Below are positions 36,973 through 48,718 of a stretch of DNA of 64,000 bases, piece by piece. The position numbers were made by a program, and so were the translations under genes. The DNA is from Blepharisma stoltei ATCC 30299. Taxonomy: Eukaryota; Protista; Ciliophora. The first letter of the stretch is position 1. Every line of letters begins with the position of its first letter. The notes below the pieces were generated by a model. That model was not told the DNA's origin. It made no database searches and saw only the letters and a list, made by a program, of their open reading frames with translations. Location of the stretch: NCBI GenBank assembly GCA_965603825.1, contig CBFDEM010000023.1:496001-560000 (forward strand), written 5' to 3'.

Positions 36973-38439
36973 TTAATTTTTTGCTGTCATCAGATTTATG
37001 AACTCTTTTAAATCAATCACCCCATCACCATTTGCGTCCACCTCAGACACAATTTGGCTCCAATAAGCGTCCTCCACAAGCAACTCTCTTCCTAGCACCT
37101 CTTTAAGCTCATCAGCCGTGATATCACCACTTCCATCCTTATCAAACATCCTAAACGCCGTTTCTAAATTCTCTCTTGAAACCAATTTATTATAATCTGA
37201 GCACGCTTTCAAAAACTCTGAATAATCAATATTTCCGCTATGGTCTGAATCTACTTCTTTCATAATTTTCTCTACAGTCTCTTGTGTGTCACTTTCACTC
37301 ATATGTTTTCTATACTCTGCATATAGCTCTGCCCTACTGATTTTCCCATCCCCATTTTTATCAAGAGCTAAGAAACTTTCCTTCAGCCTTTTAGTTTCTT
37401 CATGAGAAATTAGCTGAGTTGCTAAAAAGATATGGACAGCGTTCTTTAGCTTGCTTTTAGAATGGAATTGTTTGAGATCATCCAAAGCCACTTCAAGGTG
37501 GCTGTTTTCGTTTGACTTATAATTTTGAACCCAAATGTGAGTAATTGCATCACGTGCAGAAATACGGGAGTTTGGGTCCACTTCGAGAAGTCTTTGAAGC
37601 AAATTGACAGCCTCGCTTGAAATTCCTGGGCATCTTTCAGGGGTTACTCGTATAGGGTTATCTCTAACCTGCTTGAGGATTAAAGTTTGGTCTCTTCCAT
37701 GGTATGGAGGTCTTCCGGTTAAGAGGATAAACATAATGATCCCACAGCTTCATACGTCGCATTTCTCATTATAAGCACCTGATAGCACTTCTGGGGCTAC
37801 ATAATAAGCAGACCCAAAACAGCCACTTAATTTTCTGTTTTTGTCGAGAAAACAAGAACTGCCGAAATCTGCGATTTTTATATTAAGGGAGCCTGTGCTG
37901 TCTTCTAGTAAAATATTTTCTGGCTTTAAGTCTCTATGAATAACATTTTTCTCATGGCAATAGGAAACGGCTGAAAATACTTGACGCATTATGGTGGAGG
38001 CCTCACGCTCTGAAAATTTGCTCATTGCGATTATTTTGTCGAATAATTCTCCCCCTGCGCAGAATTCAGTTGCTACGTAAAACTTTCAGGGGTCTTCGAA
38101 AATTTCGTAGCATTTAAGAATGTTTGGATGATCTAAGGAGCTTAAGACACTGATTTCTTTGAGCATATAGGTAGAATCCATTTGTTGAGAACTTAGACCG
38201 GCTTTGTGAATGATTTTAACAGCACGGTTTTGATTACTTGGCTTGTATATGAAAAGCTTGACATCAGCAAAGGCGCCGGAACCAAGTTTTCGAACTTCTT
38301 GGTAGTTTTCAGAGAGTTTTCCCATGTGTCGCTGTAGGAATGCTCCTGGGGAGAAATTTGACTCTTGATTATCAGCTTTATTGACTTTGCCTGGTACTTC
38401 AACTGAATGCTTTGATACTTTTGTAACTCCGCAACCCAT
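36973..38439 (-). CDS. CDPK: calcium-dependent protein kinase (CDPK), 488 aa
   Basis: MGC acylation site; LGSGAF; HRDLKPEN; DFG; YVAPE; KCDVW(TGA)SCG; four EF-hands (DKNGDGKIS, DSDHSGNID, DKDGSGDIT, DANGDGVID). Confidence 0.95.
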
Positions 38440-38688
38440 TAAAAAAATACTTTTATCTGCAGTTCATGTTTTTTTAGAAACCAATTTTTAATTCAGTATA
38501 ACTTATTAATATATTTCCAAAATAAGCGTTTTAAATGTATATTTATATACGTGCCAGCTTCGAAGATAATTTGATAACTCAAACGTAAATAAATAAACGC
38601 TGAAATATGCTATTTACCCAAATTGTTCCTTCTATACTTACTAATTTAATTAATTTTCAGTCCCGCCATTATAATAAATAACCCGGGA

Positions 38689-41600
38689 ATGAGAAAAAAT
38701 AGACAAGCAGCCCTTGCCCAGCTCAAAGAAGCAAAGCACGGACAAAAGAAAAGAACGGAACAATATGAAGTCCAGGAAGAAGCCGATATCCTTGTAAACG
38801 TAACAGAAGAAGAGTACCAAGAAATGAAGAAAAAGCAAGGAAACAGCAAATTCATAACTAATGATTTTGGCATAGGCTATGATGATCATGGAGAACTTGA
38901 TTACCAAGATGAAGAAGAAGACCCATATGAAGAGGAAGAGGAAAACCTCAAAAAACCAAAAATTGAAAGCAAATCAATTACGACTTTTATGAAGCCCGGA
39001 GTAAGTATGAAACCAAAAGGACCGAAAAAGGCAGAAAGTGTTGAAGCTTCTAAGATTATGGACGATCTTTTAGGGATGATGGATGATGATTCAATTAACC
39101 CTGAAGAAGTCTTGTCAATGGGAAATGCAGTTCAAAAGCCTAAAACTTTTGCAGTCAATAAAGGTACTACACAGACTCACGCTATGGAAGAAGCTTTAAG
39201 GCAAAGATATAACAAACCAACAGTAGCTAAAAAGCCAGCTAACGAAAGCAGACCATTAGAAGAAGTCAAAAAATCACTTTCTGAAATAATAAAAAACGAA
39301 GAAAACAATAAAGAAGAGGAAGAGAAGTTTGAGATGAGAAAGAGAAAAAGAGCAGGCGATATTCTCCCTGCAAAAATTACGACTCCTAAAAAAGTTGATG
39401 AAGTTTATGTCCATCCTGAAGAGCCTACTTTTGAAATGGAAGAAGTTCATAACGTGCCTGAGCCAATTACAATTACAGCGCCTATTGAAGAGACAAAAAT
39501 GGAAATAGAGCCAGTAGTCGAATCAAAAGTAGAAATGGCTTTAGAAGAAAACGGCAACACTAACATTGAGTTTCAAGCTCTTGAAACTGAACTGCCATTT
39601 GAATCAAACTCAGCCAAATATCTCCCTATTGAAAATGGAAATCTCCACGTTTACTGGTATGACGCAATTGAAGATAAAGAACTATTGCCTGGAAGTGTCT
39701 TCATTTTTGGAAAAGTCTCCAATATAGAGACCAAGCGGTTTGAAAGCATCTGTGTTATCGTACAAGAGATGCAGAGGAATCTCTTTGTCCTACCAAGAGA
39801 AGAATACAAAGATCAGCCTGGAGAAGTTTATCAAGAGCTTGAAGAAATCCGTAAGAAATGCGGGATCAATAAATGAATGTGCAAGCCAATTGAGAGGAAA
39901 TATGCATTTGAGTTCCCAGATGTCCCGCCTAAAAGCAGCTATATGAAAGTCCAATACAGTTCAAAATTGCCACCACTTAACGAAAAATATTTTAAAGGAA
40001 AAACGTTTTCCCACATTTTTGGGGCTGGGTCAAGCTTAATTGAACTTTTATTAGTAAAGCGTAAACTTAGAGGACCTTGCTGGATGAAGCTAAAAGATGT
40101 GCAGATCGCTAAAAATAAATGCTCCCACTGCAAGCATGAAATTGTGATTGCGGGTCCTAAACAAATAGAGTTTACAGCTGATGAGGCAAATTTGATTCCT
40201 CCGCCTTTAACTGTCCTTTCGCTAGCTTTAAAAAGTGTAAGAAATTCAAAAGGTCTTGAAATTTGTGCAATTTCTGGTGTCGCTCATTCACAAATTGATC
40301 AAGTTCAGCCTACTCCTTATAATCTTAATACAGTGAATGCTTTTTCTATAGTCAAAAAAGTCGGTCCAGCTGTGGCTTCTAAAAATCCAACAATTGAGGT
40401 GGTTGAGTCAGAAAAAGTGCTCCTTAATAGCTTTCTAGCCAAAATGATTCGGATTGATGCAGATGTAATTGTTGCTCATGAGCTCCTAGGGAACTTTTTA
40501 GATATTTTGATAAGCAGACTTCAAGCTTTGAAAGTCTCAAATTGGTCTCGCATGGGCAGATTGTCAAGAAATAGGTATTCAAGCCAAAAAAAAGATGATG
40601 CATTTGGAGGAAATTGGCTATACAGATCAACGACATCAGGAAGATTATTATGTGATACCTTTTTATCTACAAAAGAACTTTCAAAACAAACCACTTATAC
40701 TTTAACTCATCTTGTTAAACAGATACTTAAAAAAGATAGGCAAGAAATAATTGATGTTGAAAATTTATTAAATTCAGTTCAAGGAGTTGAAAGATTAGCT
40801 AAACATACACAACAAGACGCGTATTTTAATTTTGAGATTACAATGCATTTATCAGTAATTCCACTTACCAAACAGCTGACTAATATAGCAGGGAACTTAT
40901 GGTATCGGTCTTTTCTAAATCAAAGAGCTGAACGTAATGAAATGCTACTTATACATGAATTCCACAAAAATAAATTTGTATGGCCCGACAAGGCTATCAA
41001 AAAAACTGAAGAAGTTGGAAAGAAAAATAAAAAAAAGTATTTAGGAGGTCTCGTTCTTGAGCCTAAGTCAGGTCTCTATGATAAATTCATATTGCTTTTA
41101 GATTTCAATTCACTATATCCTTCTCTGATTCAAGAATATAATATTTGTTTTACTACAGTAACAAGAAATAAAGGAGTAGAAGATGATAATGAGCCAGGTG
41201 GCCTTCCATCAGAAAAAGAAACAAGAGGGATTTTGCCTGACATTATCCGTGATCTTGTTGCAAGAAGAAAAGCCACAAGAAGTTTAATGAAGAATGAAAC
41301 TGATAAAATTAAGCTAGAGCAGCTTGAAATTAAACAAAAAGCTTTAAAGCTAACAGCAAACTCTATGTATGGCTGTCTTGGTTTCACACAGTCAAGATTT
41401 TATGCTAAGCCAATAGCTGCTTTAATTACGATGATGGGTCGTCAAACCTTAGAAAATGCTGTAAAAATCGCAAAGGATAAGCTAGGGCTTGACGTCATTT
41501 ATGGAGACACTGATTCTATTATGATAAACACAAACCTCTCTGATATGAACAAAAGTCTTGAAATTGGAAATACATTGAAAAAAATAATCAATAAGCAATT

Positions 41601-42726
41601 TAAATGTTTGGAAATTGAAATTGATGGGCTCTTCAAATGCATGCTATTACTTAAGAAGAAAAAATATGCATGCATGAAGCTTGTTGGTAACGAATTTGTA
41701 AGAGAAGTAAAAGGGCTTGATATGGTAAGAAGAGATTGGTGTCCGATATCTAAATTTGTGTCAAGTGGGGCTCTTGATATTTTACTCTCTGGACAAAATA
41801 GCGAAGATATTGTAGCAAATTTGAGGGAGTTTGTTGAGGGGGTTTATAGCAAACTACAAAAAGAAGAGTATCCATTATCTGAATACATCATAACTAAACA
41901 ATTAACAAAAGCGCCTGAAAAATATAAGGATGGAAAATCACAGCCTCATGTACAAGTTGCCTTAAAATTAAAAGAGCGAGGTGAGAGAAATCTAGAAGGG
42001 CAGTTTATTCCATATGTAATTTGCCAAGAAGAAGCTACATCTTATGCAGAAAGAGCTAAACACCCTGATGATTTTATCAGTTCAGCTGGAGCATTAAAAA
42101 TAGACTTTACATGGTACATAACCCAGCAGATTCTTCCACCATTGCATCGTTTGTGTAGCGTAATAGATTCAGTGACTTCTGGTGAAATTGCCACTTGGAT
42201 GGGTCAAGATCCAAGTAAATATAATACCTCCAGTACTGAAACGACTCATTCATATGTAAATTTAAGAGGAGCAGATAAACTCACTATAATTTGTTATGGG
42301 TGCGCTAATAGGTATGAAGCTACTGAAAACTCATTCGGATGCAAAACTTGCACAAAAAGCGGACAAATAAATCAGGTTAAAAACTCAGTAACAAGAATGA
42401 TGAGAGAAAAAATGATGAAATATTACACAGCTGAACGAAAATGCAATGAACAGACATGTGGATGGAAAACCAAACAAATTGAAACAAACTGCAAAATTAA
42501 GGCATGCAAAGGAATAATGATCTCAGACTACTCAGTTGTGCAACTTCATGAACAATTGTATTATTTACTAGATTTATTTACAAAAGGGTGCAAAATAGAT
42601 CAAAAGAGCTATCAAGAAATTGCTATGAAACTAGAAAATGTATTGAGAAGGAGTGGGTATCAAAGAATTGAGCTTAAAAACTTTGTATGCTCGAAGCCAA
42701 ACTTAGCAAGCATAATTGATATTTAA
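38689..42726 (+). CDS. POLA1: DNA polymerase alpha catalytic subunit (~1345 aa)
   Basis: N-terminal DFGIGYDDHG; YWYDA; RKYAFE; LLDFNSLYPSLIQEYNICFTT; KLTANSMYGCLG; YGDTDS; C-terminal Cys motifs; one TGA(Trp) at 39874. Confidence 0.96.
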
Positions 42727-42891
42727 TTAATCTTTGAAATAATTGCTAGAGATAATCTAAGATTATTTGCAAATGATCTTTATATTTGCAATATGATTAA
42801 AAATAATAAAAATCTTAAAGCAATTGCTGAATTACGCTCTTTATTGTCATTAAAATCGTTAGAGTGCTTTTGACGTGTAATAATAAACAAA

Positions 42892-43371
42892 ATGGTAAAC
42901 AGTGACGATTTTATCCAAAAAGTAGTCGGATTGGCAGAAGGTATTCCAGCCATCCAGAGCATCAGCAAAGCAACAGGATTATCTGTCCAAACTTTAACAT
43001 TTGGCACAATAACTCTTGTTCTTCTTCTCATTCTTTTTACTGTCTGTCCTAACACAACTCTGGTATTTATTGCAGGCTCATACCCATCTTATTACACAGT
43101 AAAAGTCCTTGAATCAAATAAGACAAACGACGGTAAAGAATGCTTGAAATTTTGGTTCATATTTGGTCTTTTCCTTCTAATGGATCCAGTTCTGGATTTT
43201 CTTTTATCATGGATACCTCTGTTTTTCCTTATCAAAGTTGGCCTTATGGTCTTTCTGTTCTGGCCTCAAGCCAAAGGAGCCTTAAAGCTATATGATATAA
43301 TGAGACCTACTATGACCAAATATCAAACAAAACTTGAGGATTTTCTAGAGAGTTTAGCAAAAAGTTTATAA
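42892..43371 (+). CDS. REEP/DP1/Yop1 (HVA22) ER-shaping protein
   Basis: YPSYYTVKVLES..D..ECLKFWFIFG..SWIPLFFLIK..LFWPQAKGALKLY. Confidence 0.88.
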   Translation: MVNSDDFIQKVVGLAEGIPAIQSISKATGLSVQTLTFGTITLVLLLILFTVCPNTTLVFIAGSYPSYYTVKVLESNKTNDGKECLKFWFIFGLFLLMDPVLDFLLSWIPLFFLIKVGLMVFLFWPQAKGALKLYDIMRPTMTKYQTKLEDFLESLAKSL

Positions 43372-43416
43372 AAATAAGTTTAAATAGCTAAGAAAATGAA
43401 TATTAAATTTATTATT

Positions 43417-44694
43417 ATGAGCGTTCTTGCAGTTTTTCTATTTCAAATTGTCCTCGGTAACAATGTTAGGATCAACAAGGAGCCATGAAACACCTACATT
43501 ACAAAAATTGCAATTGGAGGGATCAATTATGACCTACAACTTAGCATTGGGACAAGTTTAACAATGGTCATCAGCAGAGAATGCGCACATTGTGAAGAGC
43601 ATAGGAATCCTTATAATTTAGACTCAAGCACTTTTGGAGTAATAACAGTGAATTCTGAACAATGCTGGTCAACTGATGTATATGAAAGCAATGAATGTGG
43701 GTTTTTATATGAAGGATTTGATGAATATGAAGCTAAAGGGGCATTATCATTAGAAACTATTCGAGTTGGGATGTTTTCTATGTCAGAAGTCATTTTCGGA
43801 AGAATTTTTCATGAAAATCAAAAACTTAATATTGATGGAATTTTTGGAATTGGTCAGCATAATTTGAAAAGAAATTATGGACCTTCCTTGCTGGATTTGC
43901 TAGTAGCGTAAGTGACAAGTAGGAATGAACATATAAGGGATGTATTTTCTTTTTGTATGACAAGTGAAAAGGATAAAGAAGGCTTTTTAACGTTTGGTGG
44001 GTTTGATTCTGAGTATTACCATATCAGTGATTTCAAATTGTTTCCTATAGATTATAATGATCGCTATTCTATTCCTGTTATATCAATTTTTCTTAATAAC
44101 TCTGAGTTTTGAAATGGAGAAATCGAAGGTATTTTGGAGACAAGAATTCCTTATATTTTGCTCCCTGAAAAGCTATTTTCACATTTTATTGCTTCTCTAA
44201 GTGCCTACTATGGCACTGATTGTGACCCTTTATTGTGCACAAAAACAAATAACACATTTTATGGAAATTCTATACCATCAACCCCAGCCAAATTCCCAAA
44301 ATTAACTTTCACGCTATCAAATAAATCTACTCTAAAAATCGATATAAATGAAATTTTTATGAAATGTCTGAATTCTAATGATTACTGTAGCATAATAAAA
44401 TTTTTCCCTGAAGACTATATCGTACTAGGAGCACCAGTCCTCGAAAAATTTTATGTTACAATTGATACTGAGTCAAGATTGATAGGGCTTGCAGAAGTTA
44501 GTGCTTGTGCTCAACCATTGATATTATCTAGATTCAGTACATGAGAAGACAGCTCCTGGGCTTCTAGCTTTAAGCTGACTATGATTTTGACAGCTATTGG
44601 GATGATAGCAGTTATTATATGGTAATTTCTATGCAGGTATTGTGGGAAATCTTATGAGCTGGAATATGAAATTATACATGCAGATGACGAATAA
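43417..44694 (+). CDS. membrane-anchored pepsin-fold (A1) aspartic protease homolog, predicted catalytically inactive (~415 aa, two introns)
   Basis: Signal peptide; YITKIAIG; CAHC; SSTF; DGIFGIG; FSFCM..GFLTFGGFD; FPKLTF; IVLGAPVLEKFYVTID..IGLA; C-terminal TM; 3 TGA. Confidence 0.85.
43908..43922 (+). other. 15-nt spliceosomal intron
   Basis: GTAAGTGACAAGTAG; phase 2; removes an in-frame TAA. Confidence 0.85.
44622..44636 (+). other. 15-nt spliceosomal intron
   Basis: GTAATTTCTATGCAG; phase 2; removes an in-frame TAA. Confidence 0.75.
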
Positions 44695-44739
44695 AGCTTT
44701 CATTTAATTTTAGCTTACTTAATTACTGTGCAGTTTAAT

Positions 44740-45423
44740 TTATAAATTTTGTATACCTAATGGAATGCTTCTTTTCGAGCCGCATAGTTTAATACCAGTT
44801 TTTGTTTTTCCAATTGCTTGAATTTTGTTTTGGATTGATTTATAGTCAAATACCGCTTTCTTTTTATATTCGTCAGTAAAAAAATGTTTCCTTCTAAATG
44901 TTTTATTGAGAGAAGTTAAATCAAGAGAAATTTTATCAGAAAATTTTTCTTGACATTGCTTTAAGAGTCCTGATGTGTTTTCTTTTTCTTTTTTCATTTG
45001 ATTTAGCGCAAATAGTACAACGTCATTAGATTTCCCAATCATAGTATTTGTTCCTTCCCTCATAACTGACATACTCCTTGGCTCAGGCGTTGTGCTATGG
45101 CAAAAACGCTTTTCTGTAGGCAAATCCTCTTCATATAAACTGTTATTTTTCGAATGAAATCGCGCTTCTAAAAGCATTTGTTTTTTGAATGAAGGCGAAG
45201 ATTGGGCTATTTTTTCATAATGTTTTTCGATATGGCAGTGCTGAATTGGCGGTCTACGATAAGCTGGCACCTTAGTATTATAAGAAGTACTTTGAGGAAG
45301 GAGTTTATAAGGCAACTCTTTCATGAACCGATAGAAGATATCGGTTGGCACATTAGAAAGGTTGGTTTGTGCTTGCTCAATTAGAGTTCTGTGAAAAGCT
45401 CGTGGCATACTTTTAGACCTCAT
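44740..45423 (-). CDS. hypothetical basic protein (227 aa)
   Basis: Uninterrupted ATG..TAA ORF; no recognisable domain. Confidence 0.65.
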   Translation of the reverse strand: MRSKSMPRAFHRTLIEQAQTNLSNVPTDIFYRFMKELPYKLLPQSTSYNTKVPAYRRPPIQHCHIEKHYEKIAQSSPSFKKQMLLEARFHSKNNSLYEEDLPTEKRFCHSTTPEPRSMSVMREGTNTMIGKSNDVVLFALNQMKKEKENTSGLLKQCQEKFSDKISLDLTSLNKTFRRKHFFTDEYKKKAVFDYKSIQNKIQAIGKTKTGIKLCGSKRSIPLGIQNL

Positions 45424-45755
45424 TGGAAATTAACGGTAATTTAATTAATATTTAAAATTGAATTAATGCAAGAATTAAAATGGAAAGTGTGAAAGATTTT
45501 TAGTTAATTATAGCCAGCTTTATCTTGTGGTTTTATCTTATTATAAAGTTTTAATTTAAAAAATTAAATTCTATTATTTATCTTTTAGCAAAAATTATTT
45601 TAAATGCTGAATATTTTTGCTTGAAGGAAATTCAGCATAATTATAGGGATTTTGCTATAAATACGAAAATCGGTAAGTCATAAATGCTATTCATGGACAA
45701 CGAGAGAGGACATTTATTATTATTTATAATTCAGAGTTTTTTTAAAGAGATTATA

Positions 45756-48359
45756 TTAAAAATCTGAAAGCTTAAGCAATTTTTGCTTGTTCTTACCAAG
45801 CCATCTTTTAGCTTTCATAACTACAAGATCCCACAAACACTTATAGTCTTTACATTTTTCTTCAAGCAATGCAACAACCAAAGCTGTAGTCGATTTCTCA
45901 TTAAATTTAAAAATATCGACATAGTAATCAAGCAAATTATTCACAATATCTGATAAGTTTGCAGAAGTTTCCCAATACCCATCAGTGTTTTGTAGATGCA
46001 TTATTTTTTCAACTTCATATCCAACGTCAATGCATTTTACCTCATTTTTTTTCTGGGGTTGCTTAGGCAAATTTTTAGCTTCAGATTTTTCTATTTTCGC
46101 CTTTTTTTGAGGAGGAATTACTTTGGCTTGCTTGCCTCTTCCTCTTTTGGCTTGTAAGACAACTTCTGTTGATTTAGAAGCACTTCGAGTTCTAGGAGTA
46201 GCTGCTGAAGGTGTTGAAACTTTAGTAGATGATGAGCTTCTAGGAGTTGTAGATCTTCGAGGGATAGATTTTTTAGCAGTTCTTTTAGCTTGAGGCTTAA
46301 TTTGAGCAGGAGTGGCTCTCCCTGACCTAGTTTTTCCTCGTTTAGGACTTGCTTGCTGATTTTGCCCTGCTTGCTGGACATCAATTACTGCTTCTTGCAT
46401 ATCCCCAGGTCTGACAGTCATTCTTTTATGATTTGCAGAAGCATTAACTGAAGCCTTGAACACGTCAACAATATATGCTTCAGCTGCTTCATGAAACGCC
46501 TGAAAAGCTTCTTTTTGGAATCTCATGTCAGGAATGGTATCATTACTAATAGTCCGGACAATATTTTTGAATTTTGTTTTGGGGATTAATAAATCTGTTG
46601 AATTTTGGTATTTTTTTATTTCTCTTTCTGCAAGCTTCCCTGGTCTAAGCCTAAATGGCTTTTTTATACCAATAGTAGGAGCTATAGTTCTTGCGTTTGA
46701 TACTTTTTTCTTGGGAGCCGCTTTAGGCTTCACTTCTGGTGGCAAGTCAGTTTTTTGGTATTTTTCAGCATCAAATGAGGTATATTCGCCTTCAACTTGA
46801 TATTCTTTGGATTTTTTAATGGATTCTGCTTTATCACATCGCTTCAAATATTCTTTGGCTTCTAGCACAAGAATTGAGCTTGAAGTTACTATTTGTCCGT
46901 CAATAATAGGCAGTTCTATATCTTTTGAGCCCAGTTTTTCGCTTTGAAATTGCAGAGTGATGCTTTTGGGGAGTTTCCCTTTCTTAAAAACTCCTGAAAT
47001 TTCAATCTTTTCATTTGAAAAAACACTGAATGGGTCTCTTGGCCAAACAAAATCAAATGGTTTATAGTCTGCCAGCTTAATATCGGTAATGGCAGAGACT
47101 AAAACTTGTTTCAGCGAGCTTAAAATGGCTGGCTTTATTTGATTAATGCTCTTTATTTGCTGAGAAGTGCCATTGCCCATTTTTGCAAGATTATCAATAA
47201 ATGCTTGATCTGTATCAATACCAATAGTGCTGATTTTGACATCTTTATGCTTCCCTATTAACTTCTTAAATTCCTCTAAGCTGTCCCACACATTTCCATC
47301 AGTTACAACAAAGACGCTTAAAGGGTACCCAGGGATTCTGTTGCCTTCTATAACATATTTTAAAGGCTCAAAAAGGTTGGTTCCTCCCATGTTGCTATTA
47401 TACTGAAGAACGACTCTATGTGCTTCATCAGCTGAGCATTTATCATATTTTTTACTTTTTTTAAACATTGCCTCGTAGCTACTTCCAAAGCTTACAACAT
47501 TGAAGTAGCAGTTTTCAGGTAGTGAGCGAATAAATAGTGCTACAGCTTCTGTTGCTAGTTGTATTCTGCTGCACATTGATCCACTTCTGTCTAGCAATAT
47601 AATGAATTCTCCAATCTGTGCTGCTCCACTTGAATCTAAAAGCTCTTCGTCTGGCTTGTAGGATAAATAAAAAGCATGCCTATTTGTACCTTCGTCTTTT
47701 TGAACAATAATAAATGGCTCATTAGGAATTTCTTGATAATAAGTTACTTCAATATCATTTTCAGGGCTAAAATTCATAAAATTTACCTTGTGGCGATTTT
47801 TATCAAGTGTCACTGAATTCCCATTTTTGACATTGACCTCACCTTTTTGTTTTCTTGATTCATTTCCCCAAATTGTAGTGATTTCTGCAGAGCAAGGAAC
47901 ATTTTCAAGTTTATTTGGAAATAGAGCTTTAGGGATTATGAATTTTCAAAAGTTCTCTGGAATTATCTGCTCTGATTTGCAGACATAAGTAGCATCAATT
48001 TTTATTTCTGACCCCTCTGCAACTTCTCCAATATCAAAAACCATCATGTCAAAGTCACCCAACTTTTTTAGCAGAAAATCACTTTCACCTGCATTTTTTG
48101 CGTCTTGGTAAGATTTTAGAGGCTTATTAGGCTCTTGAATGTTAAATATATGCGAGTTATCGCCTTTTACTATTTTGAGTTCAGATAGGTGTATGTCGGA
48201 AATGATCGGAAAAACGTATTTTGCATCGATTGATGCATTAGAATTGTTGGAATAAAACTGTACTAAAGTAAATTCAGCATAATTGTAATTAAGCTCACCA
48301 TCAATGTGAAATTCGGTGCACTCAAGGTGAACATTGTTGAAGCCAACTAAAGAAGACAT
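45756..48359 (-). CDS. VIT-vWA (VWA5A-like) protein with an embedded histone H3 fold and basic linker, ~867 aa
   Basis: VIT (AEFTLVQFYSN..IDAKYVFP); TGA(Trp) at 47946; vWA with MIDAS LLDRSGSM, FNVVSFGS, MGGT, VTDG; H3-like KKPFRLRPGKLAEREIKKYQNSTDLLI..MRFQ..EAAEAY..KRMTVRPGDMQ; C-terminal LQNTDGYW..TTAL..WDLVVMKAKRWL. Confidence 0.9.
46386..46724 (-). other. histone H3-like domain inside the VIT-vWA protein
   Basis: Ungapped manual alignment to canonical H3 residues 36-127 gives 44/92 identities; upstream KAAPKKKVSNARTIAPTIGI resembles H3 tail residues 14-35. Confidence 0.92.
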
Positions 48360-48718
48360 TAATATTATAAACAAAAATGGATTTTATTAAAATATCTATG
48401 ATTAATTTGATTGCATTTTCTGATTAAGTTATAGATTTTAATAAAATAGTGCAGTAGCTAATTTTAAAAAAGTTAGAAGAGCATTTTTAATTTATTAAAG
48501 TGTATTATTAAACTAGTAATGGAATTTATTAACTTACCACAAAACAATTTAGCAATATTTTGCTTAAATTAAGGGAAAAGAAGGAATTGGAGTTTATCAT
48601 ATAAATTTTAATTCATTATGTGCTGTTTCTATTTTAAATCGAGGGTCATAATTATATATGAAATTTGATTTTTAAAGCTACTTAAAGTAATTATTAATAA
48701 AATGGCATAAAATTGTGA

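Noticed and set aside
46386-46724. H3-like segment as a standalone histone gene or centromeric CenH3
   Set aside because: No own start or stop, no ARTK N-terminus, in frame with both host flanks; loop 1 is not extended and F84 is retained, unlike CenH3
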